From the NCBI GenBank assembly GCA_030141605.1, contig JAQGDQ010000032.1, forward strand, positions 62,001-126,000: a DNA stretch of 64,000 nt, read 5' to 3'. Positions 52,036 through 64,000 of this stretch are shown here, piece after piece. The notes beneath the pieces are model-generated. The model had not been told where the DNA came from and did not search any database. It saw nothing but the letters and a program-made list of their open reading frames with translations. Source of the DNA: Tubiluchus corallicola. Lineage: Eukaryota; Animalia; Priapulida. A program made the position numbers and the translations under genes. The number at the start of each line of letters is the position of its first letter. Positions within the stretch are counted from its first letter, which is position 1.

Positions 52036-55000
52036 AATGAAAAACAAGACAGGGTTATAGAAAGCATGTTTTCATATTCAAAATTTTAGGAAACGGTAGG
52101 CTCCTCAAAGTAAAAAAGCAATTTAAAGTTAAATTTACAAGCTAATATGATAGATGTTAGCTTTGTTATCCGCCGCTTTCACTAGCAGAGTTCGTATAGT
52201 GACTCTAGTCAATAAATCTTTGCAAGAGTAAGCTTGCTAAATTAATCCACGAAGGTGTTACAACTGTGCCTCCTTCCTCAATTTCTTGCCTGACTGATTG
52301 GTAGACTGTGCGGACCGCTTAGACAATCCTTTGCACCGAGATAGAGCAGGTCTGAAGCTTATTTTACCATGTGTTTTCGAAAGCCTGTCTATTGAACTCG
52401 GAGCTTACATAATCAAAGTGAAATAATTTGTGAAAAAAAAATTAATCATAAATATTTTTTTTTATGTGGAAAGCAGAGCTGAAGAAGTTCTAGTTGCGAC
52501 TAAAAAGTAAGTAACTGATATGTTATGGTAGTGCTACATGTTTTTTAATTGCACTATTGTTCATTTTTGTTTGTGGCAGCCATTTTTATAATATGATTTC
52601 ATGTCTGCAATTTGACGTTTTAAATTTAATGCTTTTTCCCTTGTGTAAAAATTTGTTAAAGTAAACAGCAAGTCGATACATATGTCTTACGGTGCATGTG
52701 CTAAGATTATGTTGAATGTATTAGTAACCGTAAAATTTTATAGATTTCGAAGAGAAAAAATCATTTTAATGATTGAACCCGAAGATTGAAATTAATGCAA
52801 TTATTAATATTTGCAAAAAATATATACAATCGTTTTACGAATATCTTACAATCTTAAAAAGTCAGATAGTGAGCTAAACCAAAAATTTCCCATTTATTTT
52901 TAGCCAATCCTTATTTATTTTAGAATTAAGACCACGCTTTTTACGTAATACTATCTTACAGTTTAACCTGGTCATTTTCCTTCATAACAGTAGCTTAGCA
53001 CATTGTAAAATACCACTTTACACCTTTCAAACTGACTGGCCAGAAGTTCAAAGGGGTCTTTGTGGATGGAATAATACCAGCTACTGTATCATAAATTCAT
53101 TATAAGCTTTATAGCTGGACATAGGTGCCGAGATCTCCCGCTTGACTTGTGTGTAATGTGTTATAATCAGCTTACCCATGAACCATATAGGAAACTGCAC
53201 GTTGCTTTATAAGGTTTGTGTATTTCCTGTGCACAAAATTGTTTTGTAGTACTTCCCTGCAATTTTAATTACCTAGGATACAACTGGTTTTACCTATCAA
53301 AACGAGTTTAGATAGACTGATAGACTGATAGATAGATCAAAAGTTTATTTGCATGCAAAAGTCACTGTTAAAACTGAATGAAATTGCATTTACAATTAAA
53401 AAAAGACAATTAAAAGACATTAACTGTGAACAATAAAATGATAAAAAATATACTAAGATCGAACAAAGTGGAATATTGATAGAACCTACTGTTAAAAATA
53501 TGCTATAAACACAATAAACCATAATAAAAAACTGCCTATTCGCCAAAATCATATTATTACATTTAAAAATCTTTTCATATAGGATGCAGGTGACTAAAAC
53601 TCGCGATTTGTTTCACATGTATCTTCTAGCAGGGTTTTCATTGCCTTTAATTGCGTCGAGTGAAAATTTGAACGAACAGCTGATCCATGACATCGTCTTT
53701 CTGAATTTTTGATTTAAAGTGCAAACTCTAAAACAAGATCAGAACGTCTTACAATAAATTCTTTTTAATTCAGGGACTTTAGCGCGTCATCATAACTGGA
53801 ATACCGAGGGCATAAAATAATTTTGCAAACTCTTATTTAAACATTTCATTGGCCAATGTCATTGGGCAATTCTTTTTAGACCGACGAGTGCCAAACTGGG
53901 ACACAATTCCAAATGAGGTCTAAGTATGTGCAATATATTTTTACAGAATTTATCAAACCATTTCCATGTCTCTTCATAGTTGTTATCATCAGCAGTTTTT
54001 GGGTAGTCTTAGTCATGTAGTGAAACTGTTTTTTGTAATCGTTTGCACTAATAAGCGTAACTGTAGTGATTCTTTTTGGTGAGGTGTATGTGCATCTATT
54101 GTTTAAGAGCGTGTGCTTGGAACCTAGTCCGCCGTTCAGCACATGGGTTAGCTGTAGAAGTCGGCAGCATTTTATTTTCATGGCACAAAAAACAAAATTG
54201 TAACTTCTTTATTGTAAGCAAATGATGACCTTTGACAGCCAGGTTGACGCCGTTCCGTTTTTGTAAATCACGCTCTAGACGTGGGCCAATGCCAGATTGT
54301 TAGCCTACATAGTTTTCATCTTCAGTTGCGAGAACTAGTTAAATTAATTAAGTAACTGACTAGGAACCAAGCATTGTTAGTTTCGGATTGCTCGAAATTT
54401 GCACCAAGCAAGCTGAGTATCTTCTAGATAGCACAAACTGTCTGAGTATATATCATAGATCGGATTAAAATACATTAATTGCGAAGGAAAATTGTACGTG
54501 TTTTACAATGAATATATGAAAACAGTAGTAATGCCATATGGACAAATTACATAATTAGTATAATGTCATGCAGTTGATTCAACTAAATAACTAAAATTGT
54601 GCGTCTGTAAGAAGGCGTCTCGTTACTGAAGCATAAAATACGTCTACACCTTTCCCCGTTTTTTTCTGTTTCCAAGCAAACGCAATGAATTCACAACAAC
54701 AAAAATACAAGGGACTAAAATTATCGATTAACTCGAGTTTTTTTTAAAGGATCTGTTACATAATTAAAGACCTTTTTAGGATTCACTGACCTGACTGACG
54801 TCTAGGAGTGCTCAGGATCTCAATCAGATAATCCGTCACACGTATAATCCCAAGGTGTGGATTAGCTAAACAGATTATCCGAAGTACAATATGTCTATCT
54901 TTAAATACATCTCAAGTCATTTGCCGTACATTGTGTTCTTTATTTAACCCCTGCTGCCTTATTGTGACTAAATTGGAGACCTTATTTAAGTGGTGTAAAA

Positions 55001-58000
55001 ATCCTATGCAAAGGCGTCTGTGGAAGTGTTGTATACTTGTGTCTACTACTTTGTAATAGTTTTGTTCTTACACGCAATGAAATAAACACGTCAACTAGTT
55101 CTTCTAAGTTTTGTTATTTTACTCTTTTTTATTTTCCATCTATTATTGTAGTTACATTAAATTTCCTAGTGCACTCTTTTGCTTTTTCTCTTCTGCTTTA
55201 TAGACACCGGAGAAATATATGCACTCACAAGTGTTTAGACAGCATAGTTCCACATAGTTATCATATCTGTATGTTATAAAAAGTATTATAATGAAAAAAA
55301 TGTAAAAGAATTGGCTTTGGACTAAGGAAGAGTTTGGCTATAAAATGACGGTCGTTTGTCTGATGATATTTTTTTCAAATGGCCATTTATCTTTAAGTAG
55401 CAATAGCGTTATTTTATTGGATAAAGATTTTACATGTACAATTACAAAGGTCTTACAAAATGAATATTTAAGGAAGAGTGCATGTACATTACAACAGTTT
55501 CAAAGCCCTAATAATCACAGCAATGATACAAATATTAATATACAAGACCAAGAACGACACTTAAGGCTCCGATTCAGATAAAGTTTCAGTTTACAATTTA
55601 GCTAATCCATTACATTTGACGTACAACATTAGATTGCGGCTCCAAGAAAAAAACTCCTGTACTTCAATCTCAAGCTTTTTCTTGAGGGTCTGAAAGCAAG
55701 CCACTTACAGGACTTGTGCCTCTGCGGGGGATGCTCACGCTTACTGTGCGCTTGACGACTGTTTAGTGAACATAAGTTGTTCTCCACCTACCAAATTGCT
55801 TCAGTAGGAAAGTAATTTATTCTGACAAGATAACATTGTTTTAGAGATAATTGGCGAGTGGAAGACGCCTGGATGACCTTTGTATTAAATGACAGAGGCA
55901 AGGCTTAACAAAAGATTCCACGTGAGACTGATGCAATCAATTAGTCCATCATTGTGAGTACATTTGGCCAGAATCCTTTTCGGTTTGCTAATGGCAGAAA
56001 TAAGGCAAATCCGAGAGCTTCAGCTTCAAAAGAGAACTTCTCTTTTTAACTTAATTAATTTATAATCATGTACCGTAATTTTGTTTTTGGCGAATAATTT
56101 CTCTTATCTTGCCCGATGAATGGTCTATGTGCTGACAATCATTCGGTTCCAATTTCCTACCTTGAAGACCCTATTATTGAGCCTAGACATGCAGTGGGAT
56201 CCGTTACTAGTGCATTGCAGGACACAGTTGGAGATCAACAATATCTCCTTATTACGGCTCTATACTTGTCTTAGAACTTGACCATGTCAATTGTTCAGCA
56301 AGTACAGAGCAATTAAATTTCCAACTGAGAGCTTGCAAAGCGTTTCAATTGTCAACGGAATCCCATAGAAATCCGTCGAACCCAGCGAATGTTTAACACC
56401 AGTGTTTTCTTGTCAGACAGTAAAACCGAAGAATTTTGAACGTGAAACGAGATGGATTAGCTTTAAGCGTGTGTACTGAATGAGTTGGTCATTTGTTGAA
56501 CTAAAGTGTGGTTAAGAACAAGTTTAAACTATGGATAAAATTCTTTAAAATCGCTTTCTTTAAAATTCTTTTTTAACACGCATTAGGTCTATTGTAATAG
56601 TAGCAGGCTACAGTGATGCACTCTGTTAAATCGTTATAATCGCAAGTTTCGTTGCAGTTTGTTAGATTTAAAACTTAGTTAAAAATTGCATGGATAATTT
56701 AAAATCAATTACTACACAGTTTTTGTTTTTTATTTGAAGAAGAAACCTTTGTCGCTTCGTGTTTCTGTTTGTTTCATCGACGAAAATTTTTAAAATCACA
56801 AGTCGTAATGTTTACTTGGAGTTGTGAACATTTATTGAAATATACCGTTACGATTAGGGAGTCGGCCGTGAAACTCGTCATACTTGATAAGTATGGCATT
56901 CAAGTTCCGGAAAGTTTTTGACATTGATGTGACATTGGAATGATTGTCTGTTATTGGATGTTTCCGATTCTAATGCTTGAAGGAAAAGACAAGTCAGTTA
57001 GCATGTTGGGTTTATTTTACTGTTATCACTTAAACTTAGGTAAATGCAAATTTGCAAAAAAACTGTTTATAAAACATAAAGTTAATTTAGGTATACTACC
57101 ACTGTATAGTGTACCACTGTGCCTCTCTTTTGTAGCCGACCTTAAAAATTAAAATTATGACCCAGCTGGTGGACTTTGCGATTTTTTGTGAACGTCGTGG
57201 AAGTAAAACTATCATAAAATTAGCTAACTCATTTTTTGTAAAAACTTATTCTACATTTGACGGAATTTGACAGTGCGCTGCTTTTCTTCAGCGGATGGAC
57301 GACGTCGTTGGTGAAAAAGAATGTGAGTTTAAATAAGAATGTCCAGGTGTAAAAAAATCGCAACTACAAAGTGATTTTACTAATTACACGACACATTTAT
57401 CACACTTTAATACTAAATATTTTTAACATTTTTCGCGAACATTCCCCGAAGGCTTGGCCTTTCCTTTAATGTTTAAAAGTATGAAGCTGTTTGCTGCTTT
57501 TCTATAAGCAGTGAAAACTAGTAAGTTATAACGTTTTTCTCTTTCCTTCTAATGAAAGGGAGAGTTTTTCTGGTATTTTAGGAATTGGATCCTTACAAGT
57601 TCTTTCACTTAGTCTGTCTGTCTTCATAAAGGTGTTTTAAACGGTAGCTTGTTTGCACAGTACATTTAACTATGTCGCAATTTTGGATTACTGTACGTAA
57701 AAAGTTAGACATTTGTAACATGTGACTGAACAATAGGCAGGCTTACACACTATACAGAGGGTTTATACGTTATACAAACGTATTTTTTGTCAGCCTCAGA
57801 CACACATAATATTTCGAAACTACAAACATGAGCCTCCTTCCTGAAATGAAGAGTTGAATGCCCTACAGAAATACTGTTAGTAAAGCGGATTTTCCCTACT
57901 AGTATTAAACATTTCAAACAAAGCATGGCAAAAAAACAAAAAAATAGAACCGCCAAGAATAACATTTGTAGCAAATGTTTTGCGGGGTCGTGGCTAGAGT

Positions 58001-59358
58001 CTGGAAATTTAATATAGTAAACCTAAGTTTAGTAAATATTAATCGACTATGAAAATAATATTTGTCTGTCTTTTACTTTTAGGAGAGTATTTAAACATGG
58101 ACGATAAAACTGTTTATTTTTCATCACGCCTGCTCACTCGTATGTATTTTGCTACTTTTTTTTATACAATTTTCAACAGCCCCCCCCCCCACAAGCGAAG
58201 AATTTGCAACTTTACGTTCATATACAGATGGCATGTGCACATGTGAAATATATTCACTTGTTTCACTTTTTAAAGGAAAACCGGACTCAATCTTAAACTG
58301 TAGGTCAAAGCAACCTACTCTGTATAATATTGGTTTTGGCCCCTAAGCTACCAACTGCCTAACTATGATAAATAATTATTGCAAAATTTTACATTTGCAT
58401 GCATTATGCCCAACAATTGAAAGGGAACTTTTCAAGAATAACTTACGTGAAAGAATTGTTGCCACACAAATGCAATTTCACGTTCGCGCGGCTAGTTCTT
58501 CGCTGTTATATGTATTTGGCCATTCGTTAGTTAGATGGGCATTAGCGCCTACACTTCGGAAACGCGTTGCACAAAAATAAGTGAATTGCTGTAACTCTCA
58601 TACCATAGGTGCTCGGTTGTGACATGCTCATGCGTGAGCACAGCGGTAAACTTAAAATTTACACATAAAATTTACCGAGTTTTTTTGTATCACACTGAAT
58701 GTTTTACAGTAGCACTATACTTCAATTCTCGCTTTCGTAAACATGTGCAACACACTCATGGCAAGTTTGTGCAGTTGAAAATTATGTTCAGTTATGACGT
58801 CATCGCTACTGGGATTGCCCGCCGTTTTTAATATATTATTTAATTATCGGAAATGCTTCGGCGTTATTATAGGTGTTAAATGTATGTCTTTAACTGTACT
58901 TCAATGGATATGATATGAAAAACCATCCTGCTTTCATTTAATCAAAATGACCTAATAAATAACTTAATCGATTTCAACTCATATTACTGGAATCAATGCC
59001 ATTAAAAACCTCTTTCTTATTGGAAGAAAAATATTGCTTATGAAACAAGTAATCTTTGTGACATGTTGGCAATTCATCAGTTTTAGCGTCAGGGCAATGG
59101 CTATATTTCTCTTCTCCATTAAGTTCAAGCAAATCGAGTTTGTGTTTAGGCACTGACTACTTTGCATCATAGTCGCTAAGCTTGTATTTAAACTATACAA
59201 CCGGAAGTAAAATTAATATTAAAAACTACTACTATAGCTCAAACTGTCACGGTCTTTTAAAGACTGTTATTTAAACTACTTGAAGATTTCGTCGTGAAAT
59301 ATTCACTTATTAACGGAAATGCTAGTGGAAGGCGAAATTGAATTATTTTAATTGTCAT

Positions 59359-59373
59359 TTCCTCTTTCTTCGC

Positions 59374-59456
<83 letters not shown>

Positions 59457-59590
59457 GCTCTTGCTCTCGTTCTCTGTTCTCCTCCCCTCCCCTCCCCTCC
59501 CCTCCCCTCTCCTCTCCTCTCCTCTCCTCTCCTCTCCTTTCCTCTTACCCCATTTCTCTTTCTCTTTCACTCTATTTCTTTTTTCTTTTA
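59359..59590. repeat. Polypyrimidine tract: (CT)n, (CCCCT)n, (CCTCT)n
   Basis: Directly visible. Confidence 0.95.
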
Positions 59591-62277
59591 GCAGTGTGTC
59601 TCTCCCTTCTATCTTCGTACGTTTCTTTGCTTATACGCCACTGAAAAACACTTGTAAGAATTTAACTTTAACTTTAGTGACTACATATTACACTCAGAAT
59701 TAGTTATTCAGATAAGTACAGACAACAAATACGAAATTGAACAATTTTTCCATCTAGCCTCCATTTTAACGTCATTTGAAATCAATCTGTATAATTAAGA
59801 ATTATTCACTTGATTGTTCACTGTGTAGCCAATGGTCAACTTGCTATAATGACAGCTGGTGTGGAGACGATCCGATTTCAACAATTGCTAGTGGTCCCAT
59901 CCTGATCATTGTGTGCAGAACAATAGACGCAATTGATTCAACTGTCATAATCTAAGTTATGAACAAATTTGCTAATAATTAGTCACAGTGGCGTACATAA
60001 TTAATAGTAAGCAAAGTGTGGCTGTATTTATGGCAGGAGAGCCGACAAAGAGGTTTAGATCGATCAGTGATTGGGCAGTATAGACTAATTTTAAATAAGA
60101 GATCTATGTGTGATGACTGACAACATTTAAAACCCACTTAAACAGCACAATCAACATGCCACGTATAAAGATAATGCACATACCGATTACCAATTTTGAT
60201 TTTTAAAGACTGCAACTGTATAACAGTATTTGAAACTTATAAACCAGTGTTATGTGATTATTTTTTTCTGTAATAATTAGACTTTTATAATTGACTTATC
60301 TATAAGTGATTTTTATTTTAAAGACTTCAATTTCATTCTCTATTTTGCTATCTGTGAAACACAGGTTTATCCATTTCTTGTGTTTTGCATAGGGCTGTGT
60401 GTAAGTAACAGCGATTATTAATTGCACGACTAGCGCTCCAAAAGTTAATTACTAAATAAAATGGCAGCAGCATTGTGTGTCTGATATGAGGCGGCACCTT
60501 TGAGACAAGTGACTTGTATTTGGTTTTAAAAATAACTGGACAGAACGACTTACCAGCAAGCCCTCATCCAAGTTGGGATTTGTGATGTACACTGAAGGCT
60601 TGGACTCTTTTAAAAACATTATAGGGGAGTTTGGGTAGCTGGTCGAGGTCCCACGAAGGCTGTTTTGCAAAAGTATTGTAGGTTCAGCATTTGCATCGAC
60701 ACATTCACGCGGTATTGGTTGGTACTGCATTTATGTATCTGTTTACCAGGTTTCAAAATTTGAAGAGTTGTATTGCTGAACTTGCTCAAAGTTTCAACTA
60801 AATCTGTTGAAACGGTTTGGGTTAAAATTTGCTGAAAACATGTGATTCATATTCTGTAACGCATGTAATGCTTAAACTATTCTTTCTTTCAATAAACTTT
60901 CTTTCAATATAAAACACAAAAGTGCAGTGGTAGATGCGAAAAAGAAGCAAGCTTTTTAGACAAGCTTCTTCCCCTAGTTTTGCTCCGATGTTCGACTACT
61001 GCAGCATATCGTGAGACATAAACTAGAGTCGTTGCCATTTCTAGTTTACCGAAGGATAACAACTGTTGCTATCTATATTAACTGTGTTCTTGCTTGTATC
61101 ACCAATACTAAAGGCTATGTCATTCAGAAACATACGAAAAATCAAGCACGGTTAATGAGTATTCCGCTTTACCTCACCTTTGTTTTTAAATTAAAGGAAA
61201 GGCTACGTTTTCTGCGAAGTTGGGCTTATTCATGTTCGCGATATATGTTACTGCAATTTTGCAATAAAAACGATAAGCGCGTCGTATAATTCGTAAAATC
61301 ACTTGGAAGTCGAGATCATTTCACGATTGGGCGTTTCCATTTCGAACGCCCATTTTTTCGCCAAGTTTTTACAAAAAATTAGATAACTAATTTTGTGATA
61401 GTTTTTATAAGCATTAGGCGAGTTGCTGAAGTTTGAATAAATTTAAGTTACGGAATCACACGATGCGCTTATGAAAAGTCACGAAATTTACCGGTTACTT
61501 CATAATCTTCAAGCGAATGGCGGCTACTTCCGCACCCGAAAATTTCTGTACAGCATTAACTTTATGCTAATTTTTTTATTATATTTTCCTAAGCTTAAGT
61601 GTTAATAGTAAAATAGGCGTAAATCCAACATGTTAAGTGAACTACAAGCCTTTTACTTAAACAGTGTAATGGTGTAATGTTTTTAAACAGATATAGCATG
61701 TTTCCCTTATTAGCTGCCATGGTTTTCGTATTTTCGAAAAGTATCACGTGGAAAGAAAGCTCAGTTGTTCTGAGTTGTTAATGTAGTGTACGTGCATATG
61801 AAAAGCCAAAAGACATTTTGCCTCACAAATCGTTGCAACAATTTCAAGGATTAGAATGACCACCATGTAGGTCAGTAACTGACCAACGTCCGAAACTAGA
61901 CGAAGCAAACTTTCAGTTCTTTGTACCACATCATTGTATTTTTACCAGGTTTAACACCCATTTACTTTGCTCGGCATGGCGCCAAAGGTAAATAAAGAAG
62001 TCGTTTCAATAGTTAATTTACTTGTGTCATTTATAGCTTTTTAATTTAAATGCCCCTTTCATTGGTCTTCCAGGTTTCGTAGAGATTGAAAATCTAAGTT
62101 TCTGTACTACTTATCATAACAGTAGTAGTAGTAAAGTTAATGACTGATGTCAGTCCATTCAAATCAATTACAGATCATTTCAAGAATTGCAAGTTAGGTT
62201 AGTTATAACAAAAATAAGATTATTTGAAAATATTAAAACACTCATAAACAAAATGCACCAGATTATGTTGGCCTAGC

Positions 62278-62522
62278 TATTATATAATGACAGTATATAA
62301 TATAATATAATATAATATAATATAATATAATATAATATAATATAATATAATATAATATAATATAATATAATATAATATAATATAATATAATATAATATAA
62401 TATAATATAATATAATATAATATAATATAATATAATATAATATAATATAATATAATATAATATAATATAATATAATATAATATAATATAATATAATATAA
62501 TATATAGTATTATATAATGACA
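62278..62522. repeat. (TATAA)n array bracketed by a 15-bp direct repeat
   Basis: tattatataatgaca occurs at 62278-62292 and 62508-62522. Confidence 0.93.
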
Positions 62523-62557
62523 AGCTATGATGCATGTAATATTAATTTCAGTTTCTC

Positions 62558-63015
<458 letters not shown>

Positions 63016-64000
63016 ATGTTAGTCACTGCTTCTGCGTTCTTGTTCCTTTTCACTTTTGTCTTTCTTTTCATTCATTTTCCAATTTTGCCATCTCGTCTTT
63101 CTTTTTCTTTTTACTCTTTTTTCTGTTTTTTTTTTACTTGCTTCTTTTTACAACAACCATCGTCGCTGGCGTTACCTGCACTAATGTTTACAGTGATAGC
63201 AGCAGTTGCTGCTCAGACACGGCAGCTAACACTACTAAACCTGCCACTACGCTGCCGCTGTCGCTGCTGTTCTGCTGTAGTCACCGGTACCACTATTCAT
63301 TTAGACAAATTTTTTATAAAAAATAATAAAGAATAAAAGATTAATGGAGCACAATCTGTGTTTTTTCTATATAGGTCTATTATCGGACGAGTCCAACATG
63401 ACTAGTTAAACCTCACACTAATCGCCCATACTTCTCAGGCCTGCTTTAACCCGTATTCCGTAAGTTAGTTAGCTCAATGTAGATTGAAGCTCTTCCTTTA
63501 TTTAAATCAACGTTATCATTATTGACATGAGTATGCTGTCAGCCATATATACGTTGCACTGTTTAATTTGTCTATCTATACGAGCAGCATGTCTGATTTA
63601 CCAACATTGCTTAAGTGACTTGGCTGCTGATGCACTTATCCCATTACCCAGAATCAATAACTGGTCAATATCGTTTGGACAATAAACGACCTCCCAACTA
63701 GTGGTAAACCAGCCCATAAACGCCTCTGCAAACTTTCCTTGTAAAAATATCCGAGTTTGGATTACAGCAGAGTCTACGTCTTGTTTCGGTGTAATTTTAA
63801 TTAATTTCGGAGATGATATTTTGTCTTTTTTTCTGAGCGCTTACAGTTTGATTGAAATGGACAACTGAGACAAACTATCTAAAATTTTCGTATATGTGGC
63901 AGGGCTGAACTGAACTTTCAGTACTACTTTTCGTACTTTTTACACAAACTCCAAAACACAAAGGCCGGAAGAGTGTATTCGTCATACCAATATGTTATAG

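Noticed and set aside
60452-60730. 92-aa minus-strand ORF containing a CTG|GTAAGT donor-like site
   Set aside because: It has no good acceptor and no recognisable protein similarity.

Overview
AT-rich animal genomic DNA. A marine invertebrate is likely, possibly a deuterostome such as a hemichordate; this is inferred from protein and repeat style only. The window has one protein-coding gene, a 3-exon COUP-TF/seven-up (NR2F) nuclear receptor on the + strand: CDS 30156-30591, 35534-36052 and 40176-40462, 413 aa, with two phase-1 GT-AG introns at the positions known from vertebrate NR2F1/2. It sits in an apparent gene desert (about 30 kb upstream, about 23.5 kb downstream). The non-coding DNA holds microsatellites, a tRNA-derived SINE nested in a decayed foldback-like element, a TTAA-flanked Kolobok-like MITE and candidate cis-regulatory motif clusters. 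The most unusual signal is two unrelated long inverted repeats (35.28-35.43 kb and 49.93-50.36 kb). Both fold back at or beside the helix-II position of a minimal hammerhead-ribozyme motif of the Penelope-like retroelement type, and both have outward-facing polyA signals. Most long ORFs in the supplied track are microsatellite artefacts.
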